DNA of 64,000 bases from Camelus dromedarius (lineage: Eukaryota). Below, piece after piece: positions 13,657 through 25,455 of the stretch (position 1 is the first letter of the stretch; each line of letters opens with the position of its first letter). Made by a program: the position numbers and the translations under genes. The DNA is taken from positions 98,830,001 through 98,894,000 of the forward strand of contig NC_087472.1 of NCBI RefSeq assembly GCF_036321535.1. Direction: 5' to 3'. A model generated the notes under the pieces. That model was not told the DNA's origin. It saw only the letters and a list, made by a program, of their open reading frames with translations, and did no database searches.

Positions 13657-15769
13657 GACACTCAGAGTCTCAATTCTCATGCTCAGAAGAGAATTTGACT
13701 GGTTGGCTCAGCCTGGGCCATGTGTCCATCTGTGGTCTGATCATCTGTGGCCAGGGATTTGAGTCATAGGGCATATTAAGTTCAGGATTAACAAGTAAGG
13801 CAATGACTAGCAAAGGAGACATCATTTTGTTTACAAATCTGGATTGGAGCTAAGGCAGTCCAGCATGAGCTATAAGCAACTTGCATAGAGGCTTTATCTT
13901 ATGCATCATGGTCTCCCAGTGTTTGGCACATAGTAGGCAGCTAAACAGTTGTTTACTACATTGAACATGTACTCAAAAAAAAGGAATGTATTTAGAAATT
14001 CTCCATCTCCTTACTCAACTTCACAGCATAGATACACAGAGCTAGCCTCTGCATTGGTATCACATTCAAAACTAATGTCACGTAAACTGCTTGAGTGAAC
14101 AAGAAAGCCCATGCCAAGTCTACAAGTGCTTTACAATTACTTTCTTCAAAGAAATGATCCATACAGTTTGGAAGTTCCAACTTTCAAATTCTTTGTGGAG
14201 TATTGTCCTAAAAGTGTATCCACAGTTAAGGTTTTCTGTATAGTCACATTAAGGTTTAAGAAGGGTCTCCTTTGCTTAAGCATAAAATCATTTAGTTCAA
14301 TCATTTCTTAATCCATAAAGTTTTTACTCTTCTGACAATTCACCTATGATAGAAATAGTTTATGAACTGGTTAGGAAAAGTCCATTTAGAAGATCAAATA
14401 GCAGATGTCAAGATATCAGATATGAAGTTTTAAAAAATACAATAAATAAATATTTTTCTTTATAAAAGCCTTGCCTATTTTTCTTTTAATAACTCCTTCA
14501 AATATATTCTAAATTAAAAGCAAGCATCTATAAACTTTTAAATGGTTAATTTTTACTTCTTTTTTCTCTCAATTCTATATGGCACTTATTATTCTCTTTT
14601 ATCTAATTATATGTCTGTGATGGTGTCACCCTTCTATAATGAAGCATATTCTGAGAGGCCTTTTGAATGATGGAGGTATGAAAATTTCAAAGGTCTTCAC
14701 TAAATTCAGCTACAGGCAGAAGAAAAAATATGAGCCATGATCCTCAAGCCCAATTGGTTTCATGTATTCTAAATTTAATTCACATCCCATGACTTCATCA
14801 CTTTTTACTCAGTTAAAAGTATCCTATTCATAGATTCAATCATCTTATTAAGATCTGGAAAACATTTTTCATACTTTAACTCCACTACTGAAACACACTC
14901 TTTCTTCTTGCTATAAAAGCTGGCACCATCTCAGTCCTAAAAAGGAAAATTCATCTCTAAAGAAAATTTCAGTGGCAAATTTAAGCACTTTAAGTATCAT
15001 GCTACCAATATTTTAAACTTTTTTTCATTTAAATTACATTCTGAATCACTTAAGGCCCTGAATTGCTAAGTAGAACAACAGTATGGCATGCTTTTTCCAA
15101 TATCCATTTTGTATTTTGGGGCCTTGTGATATTAAACCTATATGGAAACCCCTAATTCAATGTATTTTTGGCCAGGCTGTCATTGACAGTCTTTTGGCCA
15201 GGCTGTCATTCTCTGCCCTTGGTCCCGATGGTCCTTGGTGAGCGACTTCATTGAGAGTCTGTGCTTGTATATGCTCTGTCCTTTGAGAATACAGAGAGGA
15301 GCGTTTTGGAATGAACCAAATGCGCTGTCTTATGGCAGGTCTGTAACTTCTTCCCTCTCTTCATAGCTCTACAGAGATAAAGCAACTAATATTTTGAGTG
15401 ACCTTTTGCACTTACAGTTCCCATCTGTTGTGGCCTGAAATTACCATCTAAGTTCTTGCCATGTGAGGCTCTGCAGGGTTCCCCTTGATCTGTCAACCAA
15501 GCATGAGCAGTTACACAAATAGCACACAATTTCAAAGGCAGACAGGCTGGCAGAATCAGCCTCCATTTGCCCATTCTTTTACCATGTTATAAAACTAAGC
15601 TGTTCCCGTCTACTGCCCACAGACAGAGGCCTTTTTTAAATTCTAGCAAACCTGATCCCAGGCACTTGCCAGCAAAGTCTTAGTCTTGTTAACTGATACT
15701 GGTAATGAAGTGCATATGAAACCAAGCTTCTTATAAGCAATAGGTATCTCCATTTTCAGATCAAGTTCT

Positions 15770-16270
15770 TTTCTTTTTTTAGGATAATTTTTTCCTGATT
15801 ATAATCAGGACATGTGTCTGTTGTGGAAAGTTTGGAAAATACGTGAAAGAATAGGGAAGGAAGTAACATTACTCAAAAGTCAATTCCTACAGATAACCAG
15901 TGTTAAACTTGTACCGTATTTTCTTTCAAACTTGAGATTTTACTCTGCACATAATTTTTAAAACATTTTAACCATATTCATTTAAAGTAATATTTTAAAG
16001 TATTATTTTAATGAATGCATATTAGCCCATTGTGTGAATACACTAATTATTTTAGTTTGCTGTAATTTATTTATTAATTCACTCAATATTGGACATTGTA
16101 CACTTAGGTTTCCAATTATTCAGAATGATAGATAACCCTGTCAAAATATTCATTGGTCTCTCTAATTATTTTAATAGGTTAGGTATCCATGTTCATCTTT
16201 TAAGTTCTTAACAGCCTCTCAGATTGCTTTCCAAGAAAACTGTAATACACTCACCTGCTAATTTTATAGG
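15770..16270 (-). mobile_element. Old L1ME-type fragment
   Basis: Degenerate L1ME 3' motifs (attggacattg..aggtttccaatt, cagattgctttccaagaaa). Confidence 0.5.
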
Positions 16271-16817
16271 TGAAAAATTAGATCTTTCTATTCCACTTCT
16301 TTTTAATTAAAATTTGGCTAGTATAGAGACCATTCTGGATGCAAATCAAGAAAACAAGAGTAGAAGGAGTGGTGGCTTTGACTCTCCTTATGGTCCAGCC
16401 ATAGGGGAAGGACAGTGCCCGTGGCTTCCACTTCCATCTTCTCTGAGGTCTTGCCTGGTGGTTGAGGAGCCGCAAAGAGAGACCTCTCTATAAGAAAACT
16501 TCTTAGAGTGTAATAAAACCACAATTCATATTTTATTAGCACTCTTCAGTTTATTAAGTTCCTTCACATTTATTGTTATAGTAGATTCTCAAACATCCTT
16601 TCTAAGGATGGTGTTCTTATGGAGATACATGGGTCCCTATGCTCTCAGGTTGCTAGAGTCCTCCATTTCCCCTAGCTTTTCTGGCCGTGGAAGTATTCTA
16701 GGCTGGCAAGTGATAGATTAAGGGCTCGAAATTGAACTCCTTTCTGTTATTTTAATACTCTTTATGTTGTTACAATCCTCTCTGTTATTCTTTCTGTTGT
16801 ACCACAGTTCCTATTGC

Positions 16818-16981
16818 AAAGGCAGATGTATGGAAAAGAACTTAAGCTTCAGGGCCTCTCAATTGCATAGGTATTTTTGAAGGCCCTGTACTTAATTCTG
16901 TATTTGTAGCTTTGCCACCTTTTTAAAAAAAGCCCCCCCCCCCAAAATATGTAGGCTCCAGAAAATCTGGATCCACCCCTG
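16818..16981. mobile_element. Short hAT-type MITE (MER53/MER96-like)
   Basis: Termini aaggcagat and atccacccct, with internal cttaagcttcagggcctctca...aaggccctgtacttaatt. Confidence 0.55.
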
Positions 16982-17545
16982 CTCCATAGATAGTAGGACC
17001 CTAAGAGCATAAATATAGCTGCCAGGGGTTCTGGGGTAGGAGAAAGTGGTTAGAAACTTCCAGTTTGGGCTGGAGAGGGCAAAATATTGCTAGAGTATGG
17101 GCTGTGAAACTGGTAATGCCAAATCTTCAAGCGCCTCCCAAATGTCTCTCTCAGGCAACAGACGCAATCATTTTCTTCAGAAGAATCCTGTGTCATTGGC
17201 CTCCTCAGGGACAAAGCTTAGCTGATAGCTGATTAGCATCGAGTCAGGACCCAGGGACCTTGGAGGCAAGGTGGGCAGAGGAGAGGCATTGCCCAAGTTG
17301 AGGACCTTGTAGAGAGTGCACAGTTGAGGCCAGATTGAGCTGATGTAAAAGTAAATGGATCTTGGTGTTTATAAGTTTGGGGAGGCACAGTACGCACAAT
17401 GGGGACCACTTATCTCAAATTATGAATAAATTAGACATTGTATTAAAGACTTTAAACCCAACATATGATGAGTTACCTATCTTGTCTTGCCTGAATTGGC
17501 TTAGTTTCACCTCTGACTGGGCTTCCATCTGTGGTCAGGTCTATC

Positions 17546-18045
17546 AGTAAGGAGTTCTCACACTTTTTTGTGCCATGAGCCCCTTTGACATATGATGAAG
17601 CCTATGAATTGAAACCTCTTCTCAGAATAATGGTTTTAAATGTGTAAAATAAATTATGCACGATTGCAGAGGAAACCAGTTATACTGAAATATGGTTATC
17701 AAAATACTTCTGAAACAACTCTGTGATATAGTGAGATAGTGTTTCTTTATTAAGCTTTTAAAATCCTAGATCCAGTAGTTAGTCTGTAAACTGTTGTAAT
17801 TTCAATGTAGTGATGAGCATAAACAATGTTTAGATGTCTGCATCAATTGTAATGTAATATGAAAATGTCTCTGATTCCTATTGATGGTGAAGTCACAGGT
17901 ACAGCTAATGCTAGTGTGGTTTTTTGCCTACATTCATATTTGAAGGAAATCCTCAATTTCACTTAGAGGTTTGTGAAAATAAAAACGTAAATTTTCTCCC
18001 ACTTATGTTCACAAAACCCTGAATTTTATCCACAGATCTCTACTG
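17546..18045. mobile_element. hAT-Charlie DNA transposon (Charlie4a-like)
   Basis: gttctcacacttttttgtgccatg..cccctttgac..tgaagcctatg..cttctcagaataatggttttaaatg. Confidence 0.65.
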
Positions 18046-18104
18046 GTCAGTACAGATGCGATCTCACATTTTTAGTTGCTTGGGGTAGATATAAAAGCTA
18101 TTAT

Positions 18105-18242
18105 AGAGGCGAGGGTATAGCTCAGTGGTAGAGTGCATGCCTAGCACGCACGAGGTCCTGGGTTCAATCCCTAGTACCTCCATTAAAACAAACAAACAAA
18201 CAAACAAACCTGATTACCCCCCCAACAAAAAATAAAAATAAA
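18105..18242 (+). mobile_element. vic-1-like SINE, full length
   Basis: A box tagctcagtgg, B box ggttcaatcc and a (caaa)n linker. TSD ataaaagctattat at 18091-18104 and 18243-18256. Confidence 0.92.
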
Positions 18243-18250
18243 ATAAAAGC

Positions 18251-18633
18251 TATTATGGGCTGAACTGTGTCTCCTTCAAATTCATATGTTGGCATTCTCA
18301 TCTCTAGTACCTCAGAATGTGACTATATTTGGAGATAGAGCCTTTAAAGAGTTAGTTAAGGTAAAAAGAAATCATATGGGTGAGCCATAATCCAACATGA
18401 CTGGTGTCCTTGAAGAGGAGATTAGGAGACGCACACATACACGGAGAAAATCACTTGAAGACACAGGGACAAGACGGCCATGTACAAGCTGAGGAGAGAG
18501 ATCTCAGAAGACACCAACACTGCTGACACCTCGACCTCAGGCTTCTGGCTTCCAGAGTTGTGGGAAAGTAACTTCTGCTATTTAAGCCATGGAGACTGCG
18601 GACCTTTGTTATGTAGCCCTAGCGGACTGATAC
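18251..18633 (+). mobile_element. MLT1A/B-type solo LTR
   Basis: tatgggctgaactgtgtctcc..aaattcatatgttg..acctcagaatgtgactatatttggagatag...gactgataca. Confidence 0.85.
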
Positions 18634-19224
18634 ATCCTCTGAGCGCCCCCCTGGGTAGAAGAACTGCGTCATTCTCCCCGGTGAGGAGGGGTAGGGGGCT
18701 CGGAGTTTCCCAGGGAAGCAGAGCACGTGTGAAGACCTAATGTCCAGAGAGGGCATGTAGCTCCATGTAGTGGATGCATGGAGTAAGGAAGGTAATCAAT
18801 TAAAAGATAGTATCCAGATTAATAAACATCTTGATTGACTGAAAGATAATATTTAACAGTAGTAGTAATGCTGAAATTATGACTTTGTAAAGCACTTTAT
18901 GGCATTCCAAACTTATTCACACATATTAACTTTCTGACCCTAAGTCAACTGTTGGAGATCAGTAGTACAACCAATCTTATTATTATACAGATGAGGACAT
19001 TGAAGTTCCCCAAAGTTAGGTTCTAGTGTGATTCAGAAAACAGACTCCATAATTATAGAGTGAAAGAAAACTTGATTAATATTAATAGTAGTTGCTATGA
19101 AGTAAAAGTTAGTTTTTATGGAGTAAAAACTGACAGAGCTAATCACAGACTCTCAGTATGAAACGGACTTTAAGATAGTCATCCAAGTTTAGGATGCATT
19201 AATGGCAGTATAATGTCTAGATCT

Positions 19225-19428
19225 ACACTGTCCATATTGGTAGCTTTTGGCCTCATATGGCTAATTAAATTTAAAATAACTAAAAATAAGTTAAATGTTC
19301 ACTTCCTGAGAAACATCAGCCACATTTCTAGTGTTCAATAGCCATATGTGGCTAGTGGCTACTGTATTAGACAGTGCAGACATAGAACATTTCTGTCATC
19401 ACAGGAAGTTCTACTGGATAGCACTGTT
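19225..19428. mobile_element. MER3 (hAT-Charlie)
   Basis: tcaatagccatatgtggctagtggctactgtattagacagtgcagacatagaacattt..gttctactggatagcactg. Confidence 0.85.
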
Positions 19429-19732
19429 CTGGACCAAAGTAATAGTCCAGTGAGTAGTCAGATAATATTTGGTATAATGTATTCTGTATAATATTACATG
19501 ATAACTAATTATCTTCACATATAATTTTTTGAAGATATAATTTATTGGTCTTCTACTATGAGGAACTGAGTCTGATTCTGGTGCTTAATGTATAATATCT
19601 GTAATTGTCTCAACAACTTGGCAAGATGATCTTTTCCCTCCATTTTGTATATGAGAAAAATAAGGTCAACTAGTTAGTAAGAGACAGAGATAGGACTTGA
19701 ACCCATAGCTATTCCACTAAATGCTGTTTTCT

Positions 19733-19771
19733 TTTTTTTTTTAATTTTCTTGGTGGTGGAGGAGGTGATTA
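19733..19771 (-). mobile_element. Extremely 5'-truncated vic-1-like SINE (tail only)
   Basis: Reverse complement taatcacctcctccaccaccaagaaaattaaaaaa resembles the tails of the SINEs at 18105 and 29803. TSD aaatgctgttttct at 19719-19732 and 19772-19785. Confidence 0.65.
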
Positions 19772-19834
19772 AAATGCTGTTTTCTACTATCGCATCATAT
19801 GGAAAAACAGTCCAGTTTATTCCACAATGTTATG

Positions 19835-20062
19835 GAGGGTGGACTTGTAATCAGTGGTGGAAATTGCAGGAAGGCTGATTTTAGTTCATCTAAGGAAGAA
19901 CTTTATAACAATAACAGTGATTCAACAATGAATTTTGGAACCTTGGGTGAGGGTCTCTGAAAGTATTTGGGCTGAGAACCATAAGCTGTTGGAAAGTCCT
20001 TTTTTTTAAAATCTAGTTTGAGGGTTAGACTAGATGATCCTAAGATTTCTTCCAACTCTGTC
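19835..20062 (+). mobile_element. L3/CR1 LINE 3' end
   Basis: aaggaagaacttt..ggttagactagatgatcctaagatttcttccaactct terminus. Confidence 0.6.
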
Positions 20063-20519
20063 TATATAATAGTTGAATAACATTACATAATGAGACTTGT
20101 AATCATTTAATGCCCTTCAATTGGCAAGGAGTAGATTTTTTTGCCAAAAACTATTTTCAAAGCAATATCAAAATATTCATTTGTGCTTTTTATCTAAAAT
20201 GTTTTATTGTCCATTTATCCTCATAGGTCACAGTATAAAATTGGCTAAATTTTAACTTATTCTTTTAGATTAAAAAGTGAAAAATGAAGTTGAAACATCA
20301 AGGAAACTTAGGTTCACATAAATTATCTTGAAGAAAATACTAAAAATTTTGAGGTGAACTAAGGAATAAGAAAAGAATAGCTTTAACATATTTTCAACAA
20401 TTAGAGATTTCAGATTCTGAAACAGTACAATATTATTGAAATTCAAGAATAGCTATATAGATGTCAAACTTTCCCCACACTTTCTGTATCTGTCAGAGGT
20501 AGAATTATCCCTATGTTGC

Positions 20520-21700
20520 TTTTATTTTATTGTTTAATAAACCTTATATTAATGTACAATTACATACAGAAATGTGCACAAATCACAAGTCCATATGTGT
20601 ACAATTGCATGAATTTTCAGAGTGGACACAGTCATCATATTACGTGCACCACAGAAGGCCCTGCCATGTTCCCTTCCAATCAAAACCCCTTCCCCTCACC
20701 TATAATAGACTAGTTTTACCTGTTTATAAACTGTATAGATGGAATCATACACAATGTCCTCTTTTGCCTCTGGCTTCCTTCACTCAACATTACGTTGATG
20801 AGAGTCATTCATGTGGTTATGTGTAGTTTTAGTTTGCTCACTTTCAAAGCTATATAGTATTTCATTGTGTGAATGTACCCCAATATGTTTATCTATTATA
20901 TGCATGATGGACATTAGGGTTATTTCTAGTTGAGGATATTAAGACTAGTGTTGCTATAAGCATACTTTTTTCTCTTTTTAAATTAATTTTTTATTGTGGT
21001 AAAATAAACATAACAAAATTGTTATGATCATTTTAGCCAGTTTAAGTGTATTTTCTTCACAATGTTGCACAAACATCACCACTATCCATTTCCAGAAATT
21101 TTCCATTATTCCAAACAGAAACTCTGCATAGACAGACCTATTTTATTGCACTTCATTTTATTGTGGTTTGCAGATACCGTGTTTTTTACAAATTGAAGGT
21201 TTGTAGCAACCATGTGTCAAGCAAGTCTATTGGTGCCATTTTTCTAATAGCATTATTTTTTAATTAAGGTATGTACTTTTTTGGATATAATGCTATTGCA
21301 CACTTAATAGACTAGTGAAACATGACTTTTATATGCACTGGAAAACCAAAACATTATTGTGACTCACCTTATTGTGATATTTGCTTTATTGTGTGGTCTG
21401 GAAATGAGCCTGCAATATCTTCGAGGTATGCCCATACTCATTAAACAATAACTCCCCATTCCTTCCTCCTCCCAGCCTCTTATAACCTTTACTCTACTTT
21501 CTGTCTCTATAAATTTGCCTCCTCTAGGTACCTTTGTCCTTTTGTGACTAGCTTCTTTCACTTAGCACTTTTTAAAGGTTCGTCCATGTGGTAGCATGTG
21601 TCAGAAAACCATTCCTAAGCATTCTTGTACACATCTTTTGGTGAACATGTATTCATTTCTGTTGGGTTCTGCCCAGGAATGAGATTGCTGGGTCATCTAG
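20520..21700 (-). mobile_element. Older L1 3' fragment (20520-20967 and 21616-21700) containing a younger L1 (20968-21615)
   Basis: The outer L1 sequence is continuous across the insert. Inner L1 TSD taagcatactt/taagcattctt at 20957-20967 and 21616-21626. Confidence 0.75.
21128..21436 (+). mobile_element. Tigger1 internal-deletion derivative (MITE)
   Basis: Tigger1 5' motif (ttttttacaaattgaaggtttgtagcaacc) is joined to the 3' motif (aatatcttcgaggtatgcc). It interrupts the L1 sequence aaacagaaactctg|ta|ctcattaaacaataac. Confidence 0.85.
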
Positions 21701-21954
21701 TCCAACATTTTCCCAAGGCTAGTGCGATCTGCTACACTTCTCCAGACTTTCTCTCCCTTATCCCTTGTTTTTGTCCCTTGTGTTCCGTTCACAATCATGG
21801 CAATGTTGCTGCAATATGAAAAATTCTTGCTATTACTCCATCTCCTCTTCAACCTATTGTTGAAGAGGAGATGGAGTAATGTATCCAGAGAAAGCCTACC
21901 AGACTACTTCAATGGAGTCCAACAACACTGTTGTTGTTGCTGTCAATATTCTTC

Positions 21955-22205
21955 TTCATATATACTCAGTAGAACAAAAAATAATAAAGTGAACGCTGTA
22001 CACCCATTACCCAGTTCAAGAAATAGAACGTTAGTAGTGTCTAGGAAACCCATATATGCTCCTCCCTAATCACATCCTCCTCATTCCCCTCACAGAGATA
22101 ACTACTATCTTGAATTTTGTGCTAGTTATTCCCTCACTTTTCTGTATATTTTGCCACCTATATATCCCCAAGCAATCTATTGTTTGGTTTCACCTATTTT
22201 TGAAC
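21955..22205 (-). mobile_element. Old L1ME-type 3' fragment
   Basis: cccattacccagttcaagaaatagaac..cagagataactactatcttgaattttgtg. Confidence 0.6.
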
Positions 22206-22460
22206 AAGACAGAGGAGCTGGAGTATTTCTAGTTTTGTACCTGTCAGTCATTACTTAAGGACTGCCCGTAAAGGACATCAGTTTCCAGGCTCTGCCAGTA
22301 GTCGGTGGACATAGGCAAAGAGGAGGGGCTCTGGCAACCTAAGGGCAGACCTCAGACCAAGAGATGCAGGTGCTGGCTGTTGGGAGGCAAAGCACACTGG
22401 GGGTCAATGTGCACAAAAATGGTAAAGGAATGAAGTGGATATAGGTGGAGTCTGCTCTGG
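22206..22460 (-). mobile_element. LTR33/LTR41-like ERVL LTR fragment
   Basis: gagctggagtattt..cctgtcagtcatt..agagatgcaggtgctggctgttggga. Confidence 0.45.
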
Positions 22461-22539
22461 CTATTGACTACAATAGCTTCCTAAGTGAGCCTTCCTGCAT
22501 TGGTTTCTTTCCCATACAATCCATTTTCCAGTCACAATT

Positions 22540-22900
22540 ACTCATTCATTCAAATACTCTACAAATGTTTATTGAATACTTATGACATGCCAGGCATACT
22601 CTCTGCCTGGTGGATCTTATAGTTTAGCAGGGTTGACAGACTCTAGAGAAATAATTACAAGTGGGATCACAGTATTAAATAGGAAGTAAGATCAGGGTAT
22701 TATGGGGCCATATGTCCAGAGAAAGCCTACCAGACTACTTCAATGGAGTCCTGGAGGAGTTGTCTAAAAAAAAAGAGCAAAAGAAGGGGACAGAATGGGT
22801 GGAGGGAGGGATGAGGGTGAAAGGAGGGCACTCTAAGCAGAGGGGACCTTTTGTGCCAAATTTCAGAGTTGAAAGAGAGGATTTCAAAGAACAGAAAGTA
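22540..22900 (-). mobile_element. L2 3' end
   Basis: ctcattcattcaa..caaatgtttattgaatacttatgacatgccaggca. Confidence 0.7.
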
Positions 22901-24249
22901 CTAAGTTCAAAGCCATGGTTGTCTGGAGGAACACTTCTCAAAAATTATGTCACAAATAAAACATTATGAATTGGTTTGTGGCTAAAATAAGGTTCAAGAA
23001 ATAATTGGGAAGTTTGGGCCTTCAGAGATCTGAATTAGGAGAAGGGAACAGATGCATCAACTTGAGCAATGTTTGAGAAACTTCGTTGCCTGTTGAATTA
23101 GAAAAAGCATAATCAATGGAACTAGCACTCTGTATTTATTGGGCTGATTTTTATCCATATTTAAATCTTTATGTTTTGGCCAGTGCCTGAAATGTGGCCT
23201 GTCCAAAAGCAGAAAAGAAGAATTACTGAATTAATTATTTAGGGCTCTGGTCACGATTCTAATCATTTCTAATCATTTCTTGATGTGAAACCACAACTTC
23301 TTCCTCTGTTAGAATCATCATTATCTGTCATTGAATGCACCTGGCTTTCAACATGAATGTATGGATTTCACATATTTTATGTGCAAATCAGGGATGGAGG
23401 CTCATGTAAATTTTAATATACTAAATTTCATGTCAAAATAAATATTCTTGCTTAAATTTCAAATGCACATCTGTGTATGATCTCAGTAGCACCCCAAAGT
23501 TCCTCACTCCTTTGACCCAGTCAGTTTGGGCAATCCCCAGCTCTGGGTAAACCTCCTTATCCATTTTTTCACCTTCTCAAAACTCCCAAGTATTGTTTGA
23601 GAAAGTCACGTAACCCTAATGATTAATTATATTTGAAATTACTTTTATATGATCTCAGGTGAAAGCTATTTAATTCCTTTGTTTTGATTTATTCCCTTCC
23701 TTATACTCATTTTTCCAACCCCACCTTTTCACTTCCTCAGGCTCCCCCCTCCATTACTTTGCCACTACCTATCTCAGCCTCTCTGACAAAAAAAATTATA
23801 TATATATGTATGTATATCTTTTCTTCCTTTATTAAAGGAAAAAGTGTCCTTTTCCTTTCCAAAAGTTACCTTTCTCTCCTCTTGAATACTAGACTCCATC
23901 TTTTCCAGGACCCCAACCCTCTCCCTTTTATCTGCAAGTCTCGCATCCCATTGGCCTTTTTCTCTCAGATGTTCTCATTGCTTTCATCCTTCCAAAGCAC
24001 CTTCTCAACCTCCAGGTCTCCCGAGTGGCTATCAACCTTCCTTCACCTCCATAGTTATTACTCTAAGAACAGTCTACCTTTGTTTTCTCTGTGTCCACTT
24101 CCAATTCACTTTTTAACCCAATTGAAACTCGTGGCACTCAAACTTGGTTCCCCTATCAATACTTCCCATCAGCACTTGCTGCCTCTGTAGCCTAATTTCC
24201 TGCTCATTCTTCAACCCATTTCACTTCTCTGCTGAAATAGGACCTACGA

Positions 24250-24426
24250 CACTGGTTCTCGACCTTGGCTATACATTGGAACCACTTGGGAAGATTTTAA
24301 AAGTCCCGATCCCCAGGCTGCACCTCAGGGCACTGACATTGAAAACTCTGGGGTGGGACCCAGGCATTAGCAGTTTCCATATCTCCACTGATGTTTCCAA
24401 TGTGCTGCCAGAGTTGAGAACCGTGG
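24250..24426. mobile_element. MER5A/MER5A1
   Basis: ggttctcgaccttggctatacattggaaccacttgg..ccagagttgagaaccgtg. Confidence 0.8.
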
Positions 24427-24479
24427 CACTTAGCCTTACCGCCGGCTCCTGTGTCAAAATCCTTTCCTAAAGCTCCTGG

Positions 24480-24692
24480 CAGGGAGGCAGTGTGATGTTG
24501 GAATCAGACAAATCTGACTTTGAATCCTGGTCACACAACTCATTATTTTTGTAACTTTCAGAAAGTTATTTAATTAATGTTTCTGCATCTCATTTTCCTC
24601 ACCTATAAAGTTAGGATAGCAATACTTAATTTTTGTAAAAATTAAATGAGTTAGTTTATGCAAGATACTTGGCACATGGTAGGCCCTCAGGA
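24480..24692 (+). mobile_element. MIR SINE
   Basis: ggaatcagac..tttgaatcctgg..ctcattttcctcacctataaag..cttggcacatggtaggccctca. Confidence 0.75.
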
Positions 24693-24944
24693 TATGTGCT
24701 CTCTACGGCTCTCTGACTCCTCCTTCCCTTCTCCCACATGTGCTGAGTGTTCCATCCTCCCACCAAAAAAATGCTGTTTCCTGCCTCCCTTTTTTCTCTA
24801 TTTTTCTGTATTTTCTCCTTTAGTTTTAATTTTCAGTCCTAATCAAATGATGTTCCTATTTCGCTTTCTAGGCCCACTTTCCTCCTGTACTGTGTGCTCC
24901 TTTTCCAAGCCTTTGTCAGACATCTTCTGATGTATTTCTTTAGC

Positions 24945-25455
24945 ACCCAGGGTTCTTACTTTGCAAACCACAGAAACTGACTCTTATGGATTTAAGCAGG
25001 AAATCAACTTATTGAAAAGATGTTGGCTCTCTCCCAGCATCCCTGGGAAGATTAGAAAACCGGGTTGGAAAACAGGCACGATTGTAGAGAGGTTTCATAC
25101 CTGGGACTCTGGCCAAAATCACTCAGCAGATCCAGAGTGAAGAAAGCACTGCTGAATGCTGGATACTGCAGCTTCTAATGGACACTGGATCCTGCCACTG
25201 CCATCACCTCCAAAAGAATTCTCCCCTGGACTTGCATTTTTGCATCACTAACTCCAGATTCAAACCCCAAGACAGGCATGTCTGTTTGGCCAAAGCTAGG
25301 CTCAACTGTACCCAAGCAGCAAGAGAGGCAGGAAAACAAATATTTGGCTTTTTATACTTCTGTAGTGGGCATTGGGCTCTACCTTCTCACAAGACTTAAA
25401 CAGCGGGGAAAGTCCCCAGTGTGGGATGGGCACTCAAAAAAGGCAAATGCCTACT
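24945..25455 (-). mobile_element. Old MLT1-type LTR
   Basis: cagggttcttactttgcaaaccacagaaactgactc..tttaagcagg..ttattgaaa. Confidence 0.55.

Noticed and set aside
23684..24190. Longest ORF (168 aa)
   Set aside because: Pyrimidine-rich, degenerate L2-like sequence giving a low-complexity L/S/F/P peptide. It starts at a non-ATG codon and has no recognisable domain.
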